A stretch of 64,000 bases of DNA, taken from an uncultured Terricaulis sp. (GTDB lineage: Bacteria; Pseudomonadota; Alphaproteobacteria; Caulobacterales; Aquidulcibacteraceae). The notes under the pieces are model-generated. The model saw only the letters and a program-made list of their open reading frames with translations. It did no database searches and had not been told where the DNA came from. The stretch is from contig CAZIOD010000003.1 of NCBI GenBank assembly GCA_964540785.1, positions 1,928 to 65,927 on the forward strand. The letters are read 5' to 3'. Every line of letters begins with the position of its first letter. Position 1 is the first letter of the stretch. The position numbers were made by a program, and so were the translations under genes. This document shows positions 38,453-48,393 of the stretch, in pieces.

Positions 38453-39296
38453 ACGTCGGCGCCGCGGTACGCTGCGCTAGCACCAGCGCTACGCCGCCGA
38501 GGGTCGCGACCGACGCCAGCACGAGGCGCAGCGTAATGGACTCCGACAGCAAGATCACCGCGCCGATCGCCGCGATGACCGGCGCCGACAGTTGCACCGT
38601 CGCAGCCCGCGCGGCGGTGAGTCCGCGCAAAGCAGCGTACCAGATCACGTAACCGCAGCCTGACGCGATGGCGCCGGAGGCGACGGCGTAGCCAACGCCC
38701 GCAGCAGAAAGCTGAAGTTGCGGCAGGGCGATTAGGCTGACGATCACCACCAGCGGAGCGCAATAGATAAAATTCGTCGTCGTCGCCGCCAACGGATCGC
38801 GCGCGGCGCGGCCCAGCAAGGAATAGGCGCCCCAGGCAATCCCAGCGCACGTCATCAGCGCCGCCCCTAACGGGTCTGGCGCGGCGAGCCCAGGGCTCAT
38901 GAGATAGACCAGACCAGCCGCCGCTATCGCCAAGCCCAGCCAGGCAAGCGCTGGAAATCGTTCGCCGCTGGTCATCGCCGCCGCAAACATGCTCAGCTGC
39001 ACCGCGCCAAAGAGGATCAGCGCCCCGACGGCGGCGCCGAGCGAAACATAAGCGAAGGAAAAGCAGATCATGTACGCAAACAGCGCCAGCACCGAACGCC
39101 AGTCGGCGCCTGTCGGAGATGGGGGCCGGCGTTGCGCGTAAGAGATGAGCGCCAAGACGAGCGCGCCGGAAATCACACGGATCGCGGTGAAGCTGGCCGC
39201 ATCGATTTCTCCGCCCAGCGCCAATCGACACAATAACGAATTGGCCGCAAAGGCGACCATAGCGATGGCCGTCAAAAAGGCCGTCGCCGGCTTCAA
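38415..39296 (-). CDS. DMT/EamA family transporter
   Basis: About 10 TM helices; AFAANSLLCRLAL, FSFAY, AWGAYSLLG, GYVIWY, AATVQL. Confidence 0.9.
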   Translation of the reverse strand: MKPATAFLTAIAMVAFAANSLLCRLALGGEIDAASFTAIRVISGALVLALISYAQRRPPSPTGADWRSVLALFAYMICFSFAYVSLGAAVGALILFGAVQLSMFAAAMTSGERFPALAWLGLAIAAAGLVYLMSPGLAAPDPLGAALMTCAGIAWGAYSLLGRAARDPLAATTTNFIYCAPLVVIVSLIALPQLQLSAAGVGYAVASGAIASGCGYVIWYAALRGLTAARAATVQLSAPVIAAIGAVILLSESITLRLVLASVATLGGVALVLAQRTAAPTSKWMTNEPAARL

Positions 39297-40285
39297 GCGG
39301 GCTCGGCCTTATCAAACGATGGCGTGCGCGAACGACGCCATGCCCCAGGCGGCAAACCAACCTGTTTCTTGAAAGCACGATTGAAGGCCGCTTCGGACTC
39401 ATACCCGACGGCCGCCGCGGCCTGCGCGATGCTGATGCTCGGCTGCTCGAGCAAGCGGGCCGCGCGTTGCAGCCGCCAATTGGCCAGATACTGCATAGGC
39501 GGCACCCCCATGACCTCGCCGAACCGCTCGGCGAATGCAGATCGGGACAACCCCGCCTCGCGCGCTAACGCCTCAAGCGTCCAGGTTTCTTCAGGCTTGG
39601 CATGCATCAGACGCAAGGCGCTCGTGATGTGCCGGTCGCGCAGACCGGAGAGCCAACCGGTCGAATCCGGCGGCAAACTGTCGATATACTGGCGCACGGC
39701 TTGCAGAAACATCAGTTCGCTTAGCTTGGACAGAATTGTCTCGCCGCCCGCGCGAGGCTCCTCGTGTTCGTGCAGCGCGATGCGGATGAGGTCGTTCGTT
39801 ATCATCCCGCCGGTTGTGGACGCGCGAACGTGCAACATGCGCGGCAGTGCGTCGAGTATCGGATTGAAGGGGCGTGCGTCGCAGCCAAGATAGCCGCACA
39901 CGAAACGCGCCGGCTCGCCTTCGCCGCCGTATTCGTTGACGACGAAGGGCAGCGCACGATCGATAGGCCGGTAATAGAGCGCCATGTTGGGTTCGGCGCG
40001 CTGACCCAGCTGGGTGCTCATGTAATGCCCCGCCCCATCGGGGAAAATCACCGCGTCGCCGGCTTCCATGCGGATCGGCGGTTCGCTTTCGTCGGCCATC
40101 TGCGCCCAGCACCATCCGTCGAGCATGATGTGGAATGCGATCACGTGTTCGAAGTCCGGCATTACCTGGCTGCAGATGCTAGGTGTAGCGGGGGTTTCAG
40201 CAACCCAGGGCGCCTTGGCCCGCACGTCAAAATACACAGCCCCTGTCAGGCGAACGGCGCGAAGTACGTCGGACAAGACGTCCAA
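39293..40285 (-). CDS. AraC family regulator with cupin sensor domain
   Basis: TTG start after AGGAG; DVLSDVL, FHIML.G, WTLEALAREAGLSRSAFAERF, GYESEAAFNRAFKK. Confidence 0.92.
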   Translation of the reverse strand: MDVLSDVLRAVRLTGAVYFDVRAKAPWVAETPATPSICSQVMPDFEHVIAFHIMLDGWCWAQMADESEPPIRMEAGDAVIFPDGAGHYMSTQLGQRAEPNMALYYRPIDRALPFVVNEYGGEGEPARFVCGYLGCDARPFNPILDALPRMLHVRASTTGGMITNDLIRIALHEHEEPRAGGETILSKLSELMFLQAVRQYIDSLPPDSTGWLSGLRDRHITSALRLMHAKPEETWTLEALAREAGLSRSAFAERFGEVMGVPPMQYLANWRLQRAARLLEQPSISIAQAAAAVGYESEAAFNRAFKKQVGLPPGAWRRSRTPSFDKAEPA

Positions 40286-40412
40286 ATGACACTCCTGGCA
40301 ACATCGAAGCTCGGACGCGCGAGCAAATCTTCCCGAATGTGGGTCATATAGCAGGCCTTCTCCGCGATCTATGGTGCCGGTCACGGGAGCGCACCAATCC
40401 GGAGAAACTGCT

Positions 40413-41798
40413 ATGTTTGACGCTCATGCCCTCGCTTCTCTTGCCGAGAAATTTCGGGGCGACCTGATAACGCCAGGCGACGCCGCGTACGATGAAGCCC
40501 GCGCGCTCTATAACGGCATGATCGACAAGCGTCCCGCGCTGATTGCCCGCGTCGCCAACGTCGCCGACGTGATCGCCGCGGTCAGATTCGGCCGCGAACA
40601 GGGCGCGCTGATCGCCATTCGCGGCGGCGGACATAACGGCCCCGGGTTCGGCTCCTGCGATGACGGATTGGTTATCGATCTTTCGCGCCTGAAAGGGGTC
40701 CGCGTCGACCCCAAGGCGCGCACATTGCGCGTGGAGCCGGGCTGCACGCAGGGCGACGTCGAGCATGCGGGCGCGGCTTTTGGCCTTGCCGTGCCGGCGG
40801 GCATCGTATCCACAACGGGTATCGCTGGTCTGACGCTAGGCGGCGGCTCGGGCTATTTGACCCGCGCTTACGGTCTGACCATCGACAATCTCATCGAAGC
40901 GGATGTCGTCCTGGCCGACGGCAGCTTCGTCAAGGCGAACGAGTCGGATCACCCTGATCTCTTCTGGGCGCTCCGTGGCGGTGGGGGCAATTTCGGGGTC
41001 GTCACCAGCTTCCTTTATCGCGCGCATCCGGTGACGAACGTCTACGCCGGGCCGATCTTCTGGGATTTGAAAGACGCCAAGATCGTGCTGCAGAGGTACC
41101 GCGATCAGATCGGCAAGGCGCCGGTGGAACTTGGCCTTTTCGCCGGCCTCAAGACCGTGCCGTCGACAGACCCATTTCCGCGCGAGCACTGGGGCAAGAA
41201 GGCGGTGGCGCTGATCGGAGCCTATAATGGCTCCACCGACAATGGCGTGGCCGCGATGCGGCCGTTCCGGGATGCGCTGCCGGCGCCCTTGTTCGACTGG
41301 ATGAACGACATGCCGTTTACGGCCATGCAGACTCTGTTCGATCCGTTCTTTCCGAAGGGCATGCAATGGTACTGGAAAGGCGATTTCGTAAGGGAGCTTC
41401 CGGATCAGGCGATCGACAGGCACATCACCGAAATCGCCAAGGCGCCCAGCGATCTTTGTCTGATGCATCTTTACCCCATAGACGGGGCGGCGCACAAAGT
41501 AAGCGCGGATGCTACCGCCTGGGCGGCGCGCGACGCGCGCTGGTCCATGGTGATCGCGGCGATCGATCCTGACCCGGCAAAGGCCAACGCTCTCAAGCAA
41601 TGGGGACGCGCCTATTGGGAAGCCGTGCATCCCTTTAATCCGGGCGGCGCGTATGTGAACTTCATGATGGACGATGAGCAAGCAGGGCGCATCCAGGCCA
41701 GCTATGGCGCGAACTACCCCCGCCTCGCCGCGGTGAAGCAGAAGTACGACCCAACCAACCTCTTCCGAGTGAACCAGAACATCCTGCCGGCCGGATGA
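40413..41798 (+). CDS. FAD-binding oxidoreductase (berberine-bridge/6-HDNO-like)
   Basis: RGGGHN covalent-FAD motif, GIAGLTLGGG, DLFWALRGGGGNFGVVT, YVNF, KYDPTNLF. Confidence 0.92.
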   Translation: MFDAHALASLAEKFRGDLITPGDAAYDEARALYNGMIDKRPALIARVANVADVIAAVRFGREQGALIAIRGGGHNGPGFGSCDDGLVIDLSRLKGVRVDPKARTLRVEPGCTQGDVEHAGAAFGLAVPAGIVSTTGIAGLTLGGGSGYLTRAYGLTIDNLIEADVVLADGSFVKANESDHPDLFWALRGGGGNFGVVTSFLYRAHPVTNVYAGPIFWDLKDAKIVLQRYRDQIGKAPVELGLFAGLKTVPSTDPFPREHWGKKAVALIGAYNGSTDNGVAAMRPFRDALPAPLFDWMNDMPFTAMQTLFDPFFPKGMQWYWKGDFVRELPDQAIDRHITEIAKAPSDLCLMHLYPIDGAAHKVSADATAWAARDARWSMVIAAIDPDPAKANALKQWGRAYWEAVHPFNPGGAYVNFMMDDEQAGRIQASYGANYPRLAAVKQKYDPTNLFRVNQNILPAG

Positions 41799-41816
41799 TA
41801 AAACGACCTGATGGCG

Positions 41817-41843
41817 TGCGTGACGCATAACCTGCGTCACGCA
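41817..41843. other. Perfect 11-bp intergenic hairpin
   Basis: TGCGTGACGCA-N5-TGCGTCACGCA between the oxidase and the decarboxylase. Confidence 0.6.
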
Positions 41844-41876
41844 TTCTCGTCGTACGCGGGCCTTTATGAGCTGATC

Positions 41877-43274
41877 ATGCACCCCTTTGACGTCGCCCTG
41901 AAACACGCCAAGGCTTTCCGTCACGGGTTACCCGATCGCCCGCCACGGCCGACGATCACGCCGGGAGACTTGTTGGCGCGCTTCAACGCGCCGACCCCTG
42001 AACGCGGCGAGGACGGCGCTGCAGTCATCGAGGCGCTTGCGAACGCGGCCGAACCCGGCCTCATGGCGATGGCGGGGCCGCGCTTTTTCGGCTGGGTTAT
42101 CGGCGCCTCACATGAGGCCGGCGTCGCCGCCGACATGCTCACCAGCGCCTGGGGTCAGAACGCCGGCATGTATGCCGGCACGCCGGCGGCCGCAGTGGCC
42201 GAGAAAGTCGCGAGCGCGTGGCTGCTCGACATCCTTCGTCTCCCGAAGGAATGCTCCGTAGGCTTCGTTACGGGCGCGACAATCGCCAACTTCGTCGGTC
42301 TGGCGGCGGCGCGCAACGAAGTTTTACGCCGCGCCGGCTGGGATGTTGAGGCCAAGGGACTTCACGGCGCGCCGCGCGTGCGCGTGTTCTTGGGCGCTGA
42401 CGCACACACAACAGTGTTTGCCGCACTGCGTTTTCTTGGCTTCGGCTCGGAGACTGCTGAACCGATCGCCACGGACGATCAAGGCCGGATGAGGCCGGAT
42501 GTGCTTGCGCGCGCACTCGCGCGCGGCGATGGGCCAGCCATCGTCATCGTCCAGGCTGGGCAGATCAATACCGGCGCTTTCGATCCTGTTGGCGACATCG
42601 CTAAGTCGTGCCGGGCGCATGGGGCGTGGTTGCACGTCGACGGCGCCTTCGGATTGTGGGCGCGCGCCGTTCCCGAATTGGCAGACCTGTCGTCGGGCTT
42701 GGAGAAGGCGGATTCGTGGGCCACAGACGGTCATAAATGGCTGCAGCTGCCTTATGATTGCGGCCTCGCTTTCGTACGCGATCCCGACGCGCATCGCCGG
42801 GCGATGACGATCGCCGCGAGCTATCTGCCGCAGGGCGCCGACATCGAGCACGATCCCTCGCTCTACACGCCGGAACTTTCGCGCCGCGCACGCGGGTTCG
42901 CCGCTTGGGCGGTGATCAAGGCGCTTGGACGCGATGGCATCGCGGAGATGGTTCGCAACCATTGCCGGCTGGCGCGACGCGTCGCCGAACGCGTCCAGCG
43001 AGAGCCGGGTGTTCACGTTCTCAATGACGTCTGCCTCAACCAGGTGATCCTCGCCTTCGGCGACGGAAACGTGCAACAGCAGAATGAAACGACGCGTGCA
43101 GTGATTGCACGTCTACAGCGGGACAATCAGGTGTTCGCCGGCGGCAGTTCATGGCGCGATCGCTGGGTTATGCGCCTTTCCATTATCTCCGCGCCGCTCG
43201 TCGAAACTGACATAGATCGGCTCGCCGACGCGATTATCGCCGCCTGGCGAGCCGTGAAAGGCGAACGCGCATGA
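41877..43274 (+). CDS. Group II PLP-dependent decarboxylase
   Basis: PRFFGWVIG, FVTGATIAN, AGQINTGAFD, HVDGAFG, SWATDGHKWL (PLP Lys). Confidence 0.92.
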   Translation: MHPFDVALKHAKAFRHGLPDRPPRPTITPGDLLARFNAPTPERGEDGAAVIEALANAAEPGLMAMAGPRFFGWVIGASHEAGVAADMLTSAWGQNAGMYAGTPAAAVAEKVASAWLLDILRLPKECSVGFVTGATIANFVGLAAARNEVLRRAGWDVEAKGLHGAPRVRVFLGADAHTTVFAALRFLGFGSETAEPIATDDQGRMRPDVLARALARGDGPAIVIVQAGQINTGAFDPVGDIAKSCRAHGAWLHVDGAFGLWARAVPELADLSSGLEKADSWATDGHKWLQLPYDCGLAFVRDPDAHRRAMTIAASYLPQGADIEHDPSLYTPELSRRARGFAAWAVIKALGRDGIAEMVRNHCRLARRVAERVQREPGVHVLNDVCLNQVILAFGDGNVQQQNETTRAVIARLQRDNQVFAGGSSWRDRWVMRLSIISAPLVETDIDRLADAIIAAWRAVKGERA

Positions 43275-44758
43275 TCTACGACTCGATACTCGACACAATC
43301 GGACGCACGCCGATTGTAAAGCTGGCTAATCTCGCACCACCGAATGTTTCGATTTACGCCAAGATCGAGAGCTCCAATCCGGGCGGTTCGGTGAAGGACC
43401 GCTTGGCGCTCGCCGTGATCGAAGACGCCGAGCGGCGCGGCGCCTTGCAGCCAGGCCAGACAGTGATTGAAGCCACGAGCGGCAACACCGGCATCGGGCT
43501 CGCCATGGTGTGTGCGCGAAAGGGTTATCCGCTGGTCATCGTGATGGCGGAGAATTTTTCGATCGAACGGCGGCGCCTGATGCGGTTTCTCGGCGCTAAG
43601 GTGGTCTTGACGCCGGCGGCGGACAAGGGCTCGGGCATGCTCGCCAAAGCCATTGAGTTGGCGGAGACGCACGGCTGGTTCCTGACGCGGCAGTTCGAAA
43701 ACGAGGCGAACGCCGACATCCACACCAGAACGACGGCGCAAGAGATTCTCTCGGATTTCGCCGGTGAACCGCTCGATTATTGGGTCACGACGTTCGGCAC
43801 GGGCGGGACGCTCAAGGGCGTAGCGCGCGCGCTGAAGCAGTCGCGCCCGGAGATCAAGATCGTCGCGGCCGAGCCGGATAATTCACCCGTCCTCGCCAGC
43901 GGACTCGCCCAACCCGCGGCGCAGGGACGATCGATGACAAGCCACCCTTCGTTCCGGCCGCATCCGATTCAGGGCACGGGCCCCGACTTCATCCCGAAGC
44001 TGACGCAAGATGCGCGTGACGCGGACTGGATCGACAAAATCATGCCGGTGAACGGCGGCGACGCACTGCGGCTCTCACGCGAACTCGCGACTCGCGAAGG
44101 CATTTTCGCCGGCATCTCGGCCGGCGCGGCAGTGGCGGCGGCGCTGAAAATAGCGGCGCATGCGCCGGATCGGGCCACCATCCTCTGCATGCTGCCCGAC
44201 ACCGGGGAACGCTATCTTTCCACGCCCCTCTTCGATGACATCCCGGTCGACATGACTGAGGACGAAGCGGCGATCTCGCAATCGACGCCGCTTTGCCGTT
44301 TCGACGTACCGCGTCCGCCCCCCGCCGTCGCTGTTGCGGCCGTTCCCGCCGATAAAGAAGCGGCAGACTTCGTGACGTCGGCGTTAAGCGATACGGATCA
44401 GCCGGTTGTGATGTTTGCGCTGGAATGGTGCGAGTTCTGCTGGGCGGCGCGCAAGCTGATGAAAGCGTACGCCATCGATTATCGGTCCATCGATCTCGAC
44501 TCGGTCGCTTATCAAAAAGATGATTGGGGCGGGCGTATCCGGAATGCGGTGCGCGCGCGCACTGGCATGCAGACCATCCCGCAGATTTTTGTCGCCGGCG
44601 AGCTGATCGGTGGGACCACTGAGATATTCGAAGCGGCGCGCACCGGCCAGTTACAGCGCCGCCTGCGCGACGCACGCATCGCCTTCGACGCTAACGCGAG
44701 GCCCGAGCTTTTCTCCTTGTTGCCGAAATGGTTGGCCGGCAAGCAATCACCGGCATGA
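43271..44758 (+). CDS. cysK: Cysteine synthase family protein fused to C-terminal glutaredoxin
   Basis: NPGGSVKDR, EATSGNTG, QFEN, GTGGT, PHPIQG, PDTGERYLST; then WCEFC, TIPQIFVAGELIGG. Confidence 0.9.
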   Translation: MIYDSILDTIGRTPIVKLANLAPPNVSIYAKIESSNPGGSVKDRLALAVIEDAERRGALQPGQTVIEATSGNTGIGLAMVCARKGYPLVIVMAENFSIERRRLMRFLGAKVVLTPAADKGSGMLAKAIELAETHGWFLTRQFENEANADIHTRTTAQEILSDFAGEPLDYWVTTFGTGGTLKGVARALKQSRPEIKIVAAEPDNSPVLASGLAQPAAQGRSMTSHPSFRPHPIQGTGPDFIPKLTQDARDADWIDKIMPVNGGDALRLSRELATREGIFAGISAGAAVAAALKIAAHAPDRATILCMLPDTGERYLSTPLFDDIPVDMTEDEAAISQSTPLCRFDVPRPPPAVAVAAVPADKEAADFVTSALSDTDQPVVMFALEWCEFCWAARKLMKAYAIDYRSIDLDSVAYQKDDWGGRIRNAVRARTGMQTIPQIFVAGELIGGTTEIFEAARTGQLQRRLRDARIAFDANARPELFSLLPKWLAGKQSPA

Positions 44759-44772
44759 GGATCCATGTCGAC

Positions 44773-45453
44773 TCAGCGCCGGACAACTCGGTCCGTTGCA
44801 CCATAGACGCCGCCGGCGCCTTCTTCCAGCTTGCTGCGGTCGCGGACCACGATCGATCCGCGGTGGAGAGCAATGACGCCGCCTCGCTCAAGTTTCTTGG
44901 CGGCAACCGAAACGCCGGCACGGCGCACGCCGAGCATGGACGCAAGACGATCATGCGTCAGATGCAGTTCGTCTCCGTCCAATCTATCGTGCATCATCAG
45001 CAGCAAGCGGGCCAGGCGGGCCTCCAAAGTCGCGCGCGCGTTGATGTGCGCCTCACGCATGATGTGCACCAGGAACTCGTGAACGTAATCCAACATGGCC
45101 TGACGCAGCGCGGAGCTCTCGTCCATCGCCGCGCGCAGAACGGCCGCCGAAATGCGATGCGCCGCGCCAGGCGACTGCATGTACACGTCGCACGCATTAT
45201 GCGTCGCGCCCAATACCGCGAATACGCCGGCAAAACCCTCGCGTCCGATCATGCCGATTTCAACGCCGTGGCGGCCGGCGTCGTCCGCAAAGGTACAGGC
45301 AACGCCGCCCTCTAAGAAGTAAACGAACTCTGCGGCGCCCCCGCGCCGCTGCAGATGTTGCTCACGTGTCAGATCGACCAGCGTCAGACCCGGCGCTAGC
45401 ACCAACGCGTCCGCATCAGACAAGGCGGACAAGACGGAATTTTGTGTTTGCAA
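44773..45453 (-). CDS. Crp/Fnr family transcriptional regulator
   Basis: VYFLEGG, GMIGREG, EARLARLLL..DR, LTHDRLASMLGVRRAGVS. Confidence 0.9.
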   Translation of the reverse strand: MQTQNSVLSALSDADALVLAPGLTLVDLTREQHLQRRGGAAEFVYFLEGGVACTFADDAGRHGVEIGMIGREGFAGVFAVLGATHNACDVYMQSPGAAHRISAAVLRAAMDESSALRQAMLDYVHEFLVHIMREAHINARATLEARLARLLLMMHDRLDGDELHLTHDRLASMLGVRRAGVSVAAKKLERGGVIALHRGSIVVRDRSKLEEGAGGVYGATDRVVRR

Positions 45454-45746
45454 CGAAGCGCTTGCTACGGTTTAGCGGCAGGTCAGCGACAACGCGTTCC
45501 CTTCATCCGCCAGTTCACCGATGGCGAATGTATCTTACGCCGGTAACGGGTCGTTCGCAAACACACACTGCGGCGCGCACCAGCAAGGAAGCTTGGTTCC
45601 CGCCTCAACGCGACGATGGGGCGCCCACCGCAGCTAGTTCCCCGGAACAATGCATGGCGACCCCCTCGTTCCGTCGCAGCGCGCTTCGCTGAATCAAACT
45701 GGATTGCTTGTCATTGGTCGACGACTAGCTTTTCCTGCCAGACCGC

Positions 45747-46787
45747 ATGCAGACGTCTCCCCTCTTGCCGCGCACGGGCGCACTCATGCTGACGGAAGCG
45801 GCAGCGGCGCATGAGGCGGTGCGTGCACAGCTCAGGCGCAGCCAGTTCAAGGAACTTGGCCAACGCCTGCGTGCTCTTGCGCCGGGCGTCGTCGCCACGT
45901 GCGCGCGGGGCAGCTCCTACCACGCGGCGACATTCGCCAACTATTTGATCGAGACTCGCGCCGGCCTCCTCACCGCCGCGCTCGCACCGTCGATCGCGTC
46001 AATTTATGGGGTTGAAACTCAGCTGCGCGGCGCATTGGTTCTGTTGATCTCGCAGTCTGGAGCGAGCCCCGATCTGATTGCCACCGCGGAGACCGCGAAG
46101 CGGGCGGGCGCGTTCGTTCTGGCGCTCGTCAACGTAGAAGACTCGCCCCTCGCCGCGGCGGCGCACGAGACCCTGGCGCTGTGCGCCGGCGAGGAACGCA
46201 GTGTCGCGGCGACCAAATCATTCCTGGCCGCCGTTTCGGCGCTAACGGGGCTCGTCGCACATTGGACACAAGACGGCGAACTCCAGGCCGGTCACGCCCG
46301 CACGCCCGACCTCCTGCAACAGGCATGGGCGCTGGATTGGAGCGCTGCGGTCCCGGCTCTCGCGCAGGCGACCAATCTTTACGTGATCGGACGCGGCTTG
46401 GGATTGGGAGGGGCCGCCGAAGCAGCCCTGAAGCTGAAAGAGGCCTGCGGACTGCATGCCGAGGCGTTCAGCGCCGCTGAAATACGCCACGGGCCGATGG
46501 CGCTCCTGAGGCCGGACTTTCCGCTTCTCCTCTTCGCGCAGGACGATGCAGCCGGCGCGAGCGTCGCACACTTCGCCGGCGACGCTGCCGCCAGTGGCGC
46601 GCGCTGCTTCCTTGCAGGCGCCGATGTCGAGGGCGTAACCAGACTTCCGACATTAAAAGCACATGCCGCGTTACAGCCGATGTTGGCGGTCCAGAGCTTT
46701 TATCGCCTGGCCCACGATGTCGCGGCGGCGCGCGGATGGAACGCCGACGCGCCGCCAAACCTGCGTAAAGTCACCGAGACACGTTGA
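45747..46787 (+). CDS. SIS-domain glucosamine-6-phosphate deaminase (NagB-II/GlmS-like)
   Basis: ARGSS, ISQSGASPDL, AGEERSVAATKS, EAALKLKE, HGPMAL, LRKVTET. Confidence 0.88.
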   Translation: MQTSPLLPRTGALMLTEAAAAHEAVRAQLRRSQFKELGQRLRALAPGVVATCARGSSYHAATFANYLIETRAGLLTAALAPSIASIYGVETQLRGALVLLISQSGASPDLIATAETAKRAGAFVLALVNVEDSPLAAAAHETLALCAGEERSVAATKSFLAAVSALTGLVAHWTQDGELQAGHARTPDLLQQAWALDWSAAVPALAQATNLYVIGRGLGLGGAAEAALKLKEACGLHAEAFSAAEIRHGPMALLRPDFPLLLFAQDDAAGASVAHFAGDAAASGARCFLAGADVEGVTRLPTLKAHAALQPMLAVQSFYRLAHDVAAARGWNADAPPNLRKVTETR

Positions 46788-47926
46788 TGGCCACAGCTCT
46801 GGTCAATGGCCGCGTGTTGACGCCGCAGGGTTTGAACGACGGTCTCGCCGTGATCGTGGATGGCGCTCGCATCGTCGAAATCTGTCGGGATTCCGCCATC
46901 CCTCCGCAGGCGGCGAAGGATGACCTCGGCGGCGCAATTCTAGCGCCCGGCTTTGTCGACGTGCAGGTCAACGGCGGCGGCGGCGTTCTGTTCAATGACG
47001 ACCCGAGCGTGGACGCGATCGAAGCCATCGGCGCGGCGCATCGCCGTTTCGGCGTTACGGGATTCCTGCCCACGCTGATCAGTGACGACTTGGACATCGT
47101 CGGCCGCGCGATCGACGCCGTGAGCCGTGCGATCGGCGCAGGCGTTCCGGGAGTGCTCGGCGTGCACATCGAAGGCCCTTTTCTCAATGTCGCGCGCAAA
47201 GGCGTGCACGACGCTGACAAGTTTCGCCGTCTCGACGACGACGCGTTTGGCGTCCTGACGTCTCTCGGCGTTGGTCGCACGCTGGTCACACTATCGCCCG
47301 AGACCACTACGCCGGACATGATCGGTCGGCTCGTTGGGGCTGGCGTGATCGTTTGCGCCGGCCATACCGATGCGAGCTATGCGCAGATGCGAGCCGCGCT
47401 GGACGCGGGACTGCGCGGTTTCACGCATCTCTTCAATGCGATGTCGCCGCTGACGGCGCGTGAGCCGGGCGCCGTGGGCGCGGCCCTCGAGGATCAGCAG
47501 AGCTGGTGCGGCCTCATCGTCGATGGCCGTCACGTCGAGCCGACCGTGTTGCGCATCGCCCTCAAGTGCAAGCCGCTGGAGAAGTTCATGCTGGTGACCG
47601 ACGCGATGCCAACAGTGGGTTCCGAGCAGCAGTCGTTCCTCTTGCAGGGTCGGAGAATTGAAGTGCGCGACGGCGTCTGCGTTGCGCCGGACGGCACGCT
47701 GGCGGGTTCCAACCTCGACATGGCGCAAGCCGTCCGCAACGCAATGACAATGCTCGACCTCAGCGTCGAACAGGCGTTCGGCATGGCTAGTTCGCATCCG
47801 GCGCGGTTTTTGTCTTGCGACGACCTTGGTGTGCTTGTCCCGGGCGCGCGCGCGTGCCTGGTGCTGCTGGACAAGAGCCTGCGCGTGACGCGCACATGGA
47901 TAGACGGGGTATCGATGGACGCTTAA
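46787..47926 (+). CDS. nagA: N-acetylglucosamine-6-phosphate deacetylase
   Basis: PGFVDVQVNG, HIEGPF, GHT, THLFNAM, DGRH, VTDAM, LAGS. Confidence 0.95.
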   Translation: MATALVNGRVLTPQGLNDGLAVIVDGARIVEICRDSAIPPQAAKDDLGGAILAPGFVDVQVNGGGGVLFNDDPSVDAIEAIGAAHRRFGVTGFLPTLISDDLDIVGRAIDAVSRAIGAGVPGVLGVHIEGPFLNVARKGVHDADKFRRLDDDAFGVLTSLGVGRTLVTLSPETTTPDMIGRLVGAGVIVCAGHTDASYAQMRAALDAGLRGFTHLFNAMSPLTAREPGAVGAALEDQQSWCGLIVDGRHVEPTVLRIALKCKPLEKFMLVTDAMPTVGSEQQSFLLQGRRIEVRDGVCVAPDGTLAGSNLDMAQAVRNAMTMLDLSVEQAFGMASSHPARFLSCDDLGVLVPGARACLVLLDKSLRVTRTWIDGVSMDA

Positions 47927-48033
47927 TCGGAAAAACAGGATTTCTGCGGTAGATCGATACCCGAAACCTGGGCGTCTTTAACAGCGCATTAGCAAGGCGA
48001 GGCTAAGTTCCGCGCTGGACAGGTCCCAGGCAT

Positions 48034-48393
48034 ATGCTTTCCAAGCTCGTCACTTCCCTATTCTCGCGGCGCGCGCACCAGCCGGACACGGCGTCGAACG
48101 ATGAGTTCGAACTGGTGGAACCGCCGCGTCTGATCGCGCGCGCGTTTCGCCGCCCGTTCTTCCGGCACGGCGCGCTTGTGTTCGAGGATGGTCAGCGACT
48201 CGCCATCGCGGTGAAAGACCTCAGCGAGGGCGGCGCGCGCGTCGAGTTCTATGTGCGCACGACGCTGCCCGAAAACGTGATGCTTTGCGAGCCGACGCTT
48301 CGGCTGCGCTGCCGCGCGAAAGTCGTCTGGCAAGAAGAAGGAGTCGCCGGCCTCGCGTTCGTTGAGAGTGTGGCCGCGACATCTGCGGCCTAG
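48034..48393 (+). CDS. PilZ domain protein
   Basis: RAFRR and DLSEGG motifs; KVVW..GVAGLAF. Confidence 0.8.
   Translation: MLSKLVTSLFSRRAHQPDTASNDEFELVEPPRLIARAFRRPFFRHGALVFEDGQRLAIAVKDLSEGGARVEFYVRTTLPENVMLCEPTLRLRCRAKVVWQEEGVAGLAFVESVAATSAA

Noticed and set aside
45480-45672. Several GGAAC/GTTCC half-sites upstream of the second crp
   Set aside because: Spacing to CGTT is non-canonical (e.g. 18 nt rather than 16-17), so I did not call them EcfG promoters.
45715-45727. TGGTC-N3-GACTA upstream of the nag genes as a GntR-type operator
   Set aside because: Imperfect and short, with non-standard spacing and no regulator nearby. Too weak to call.
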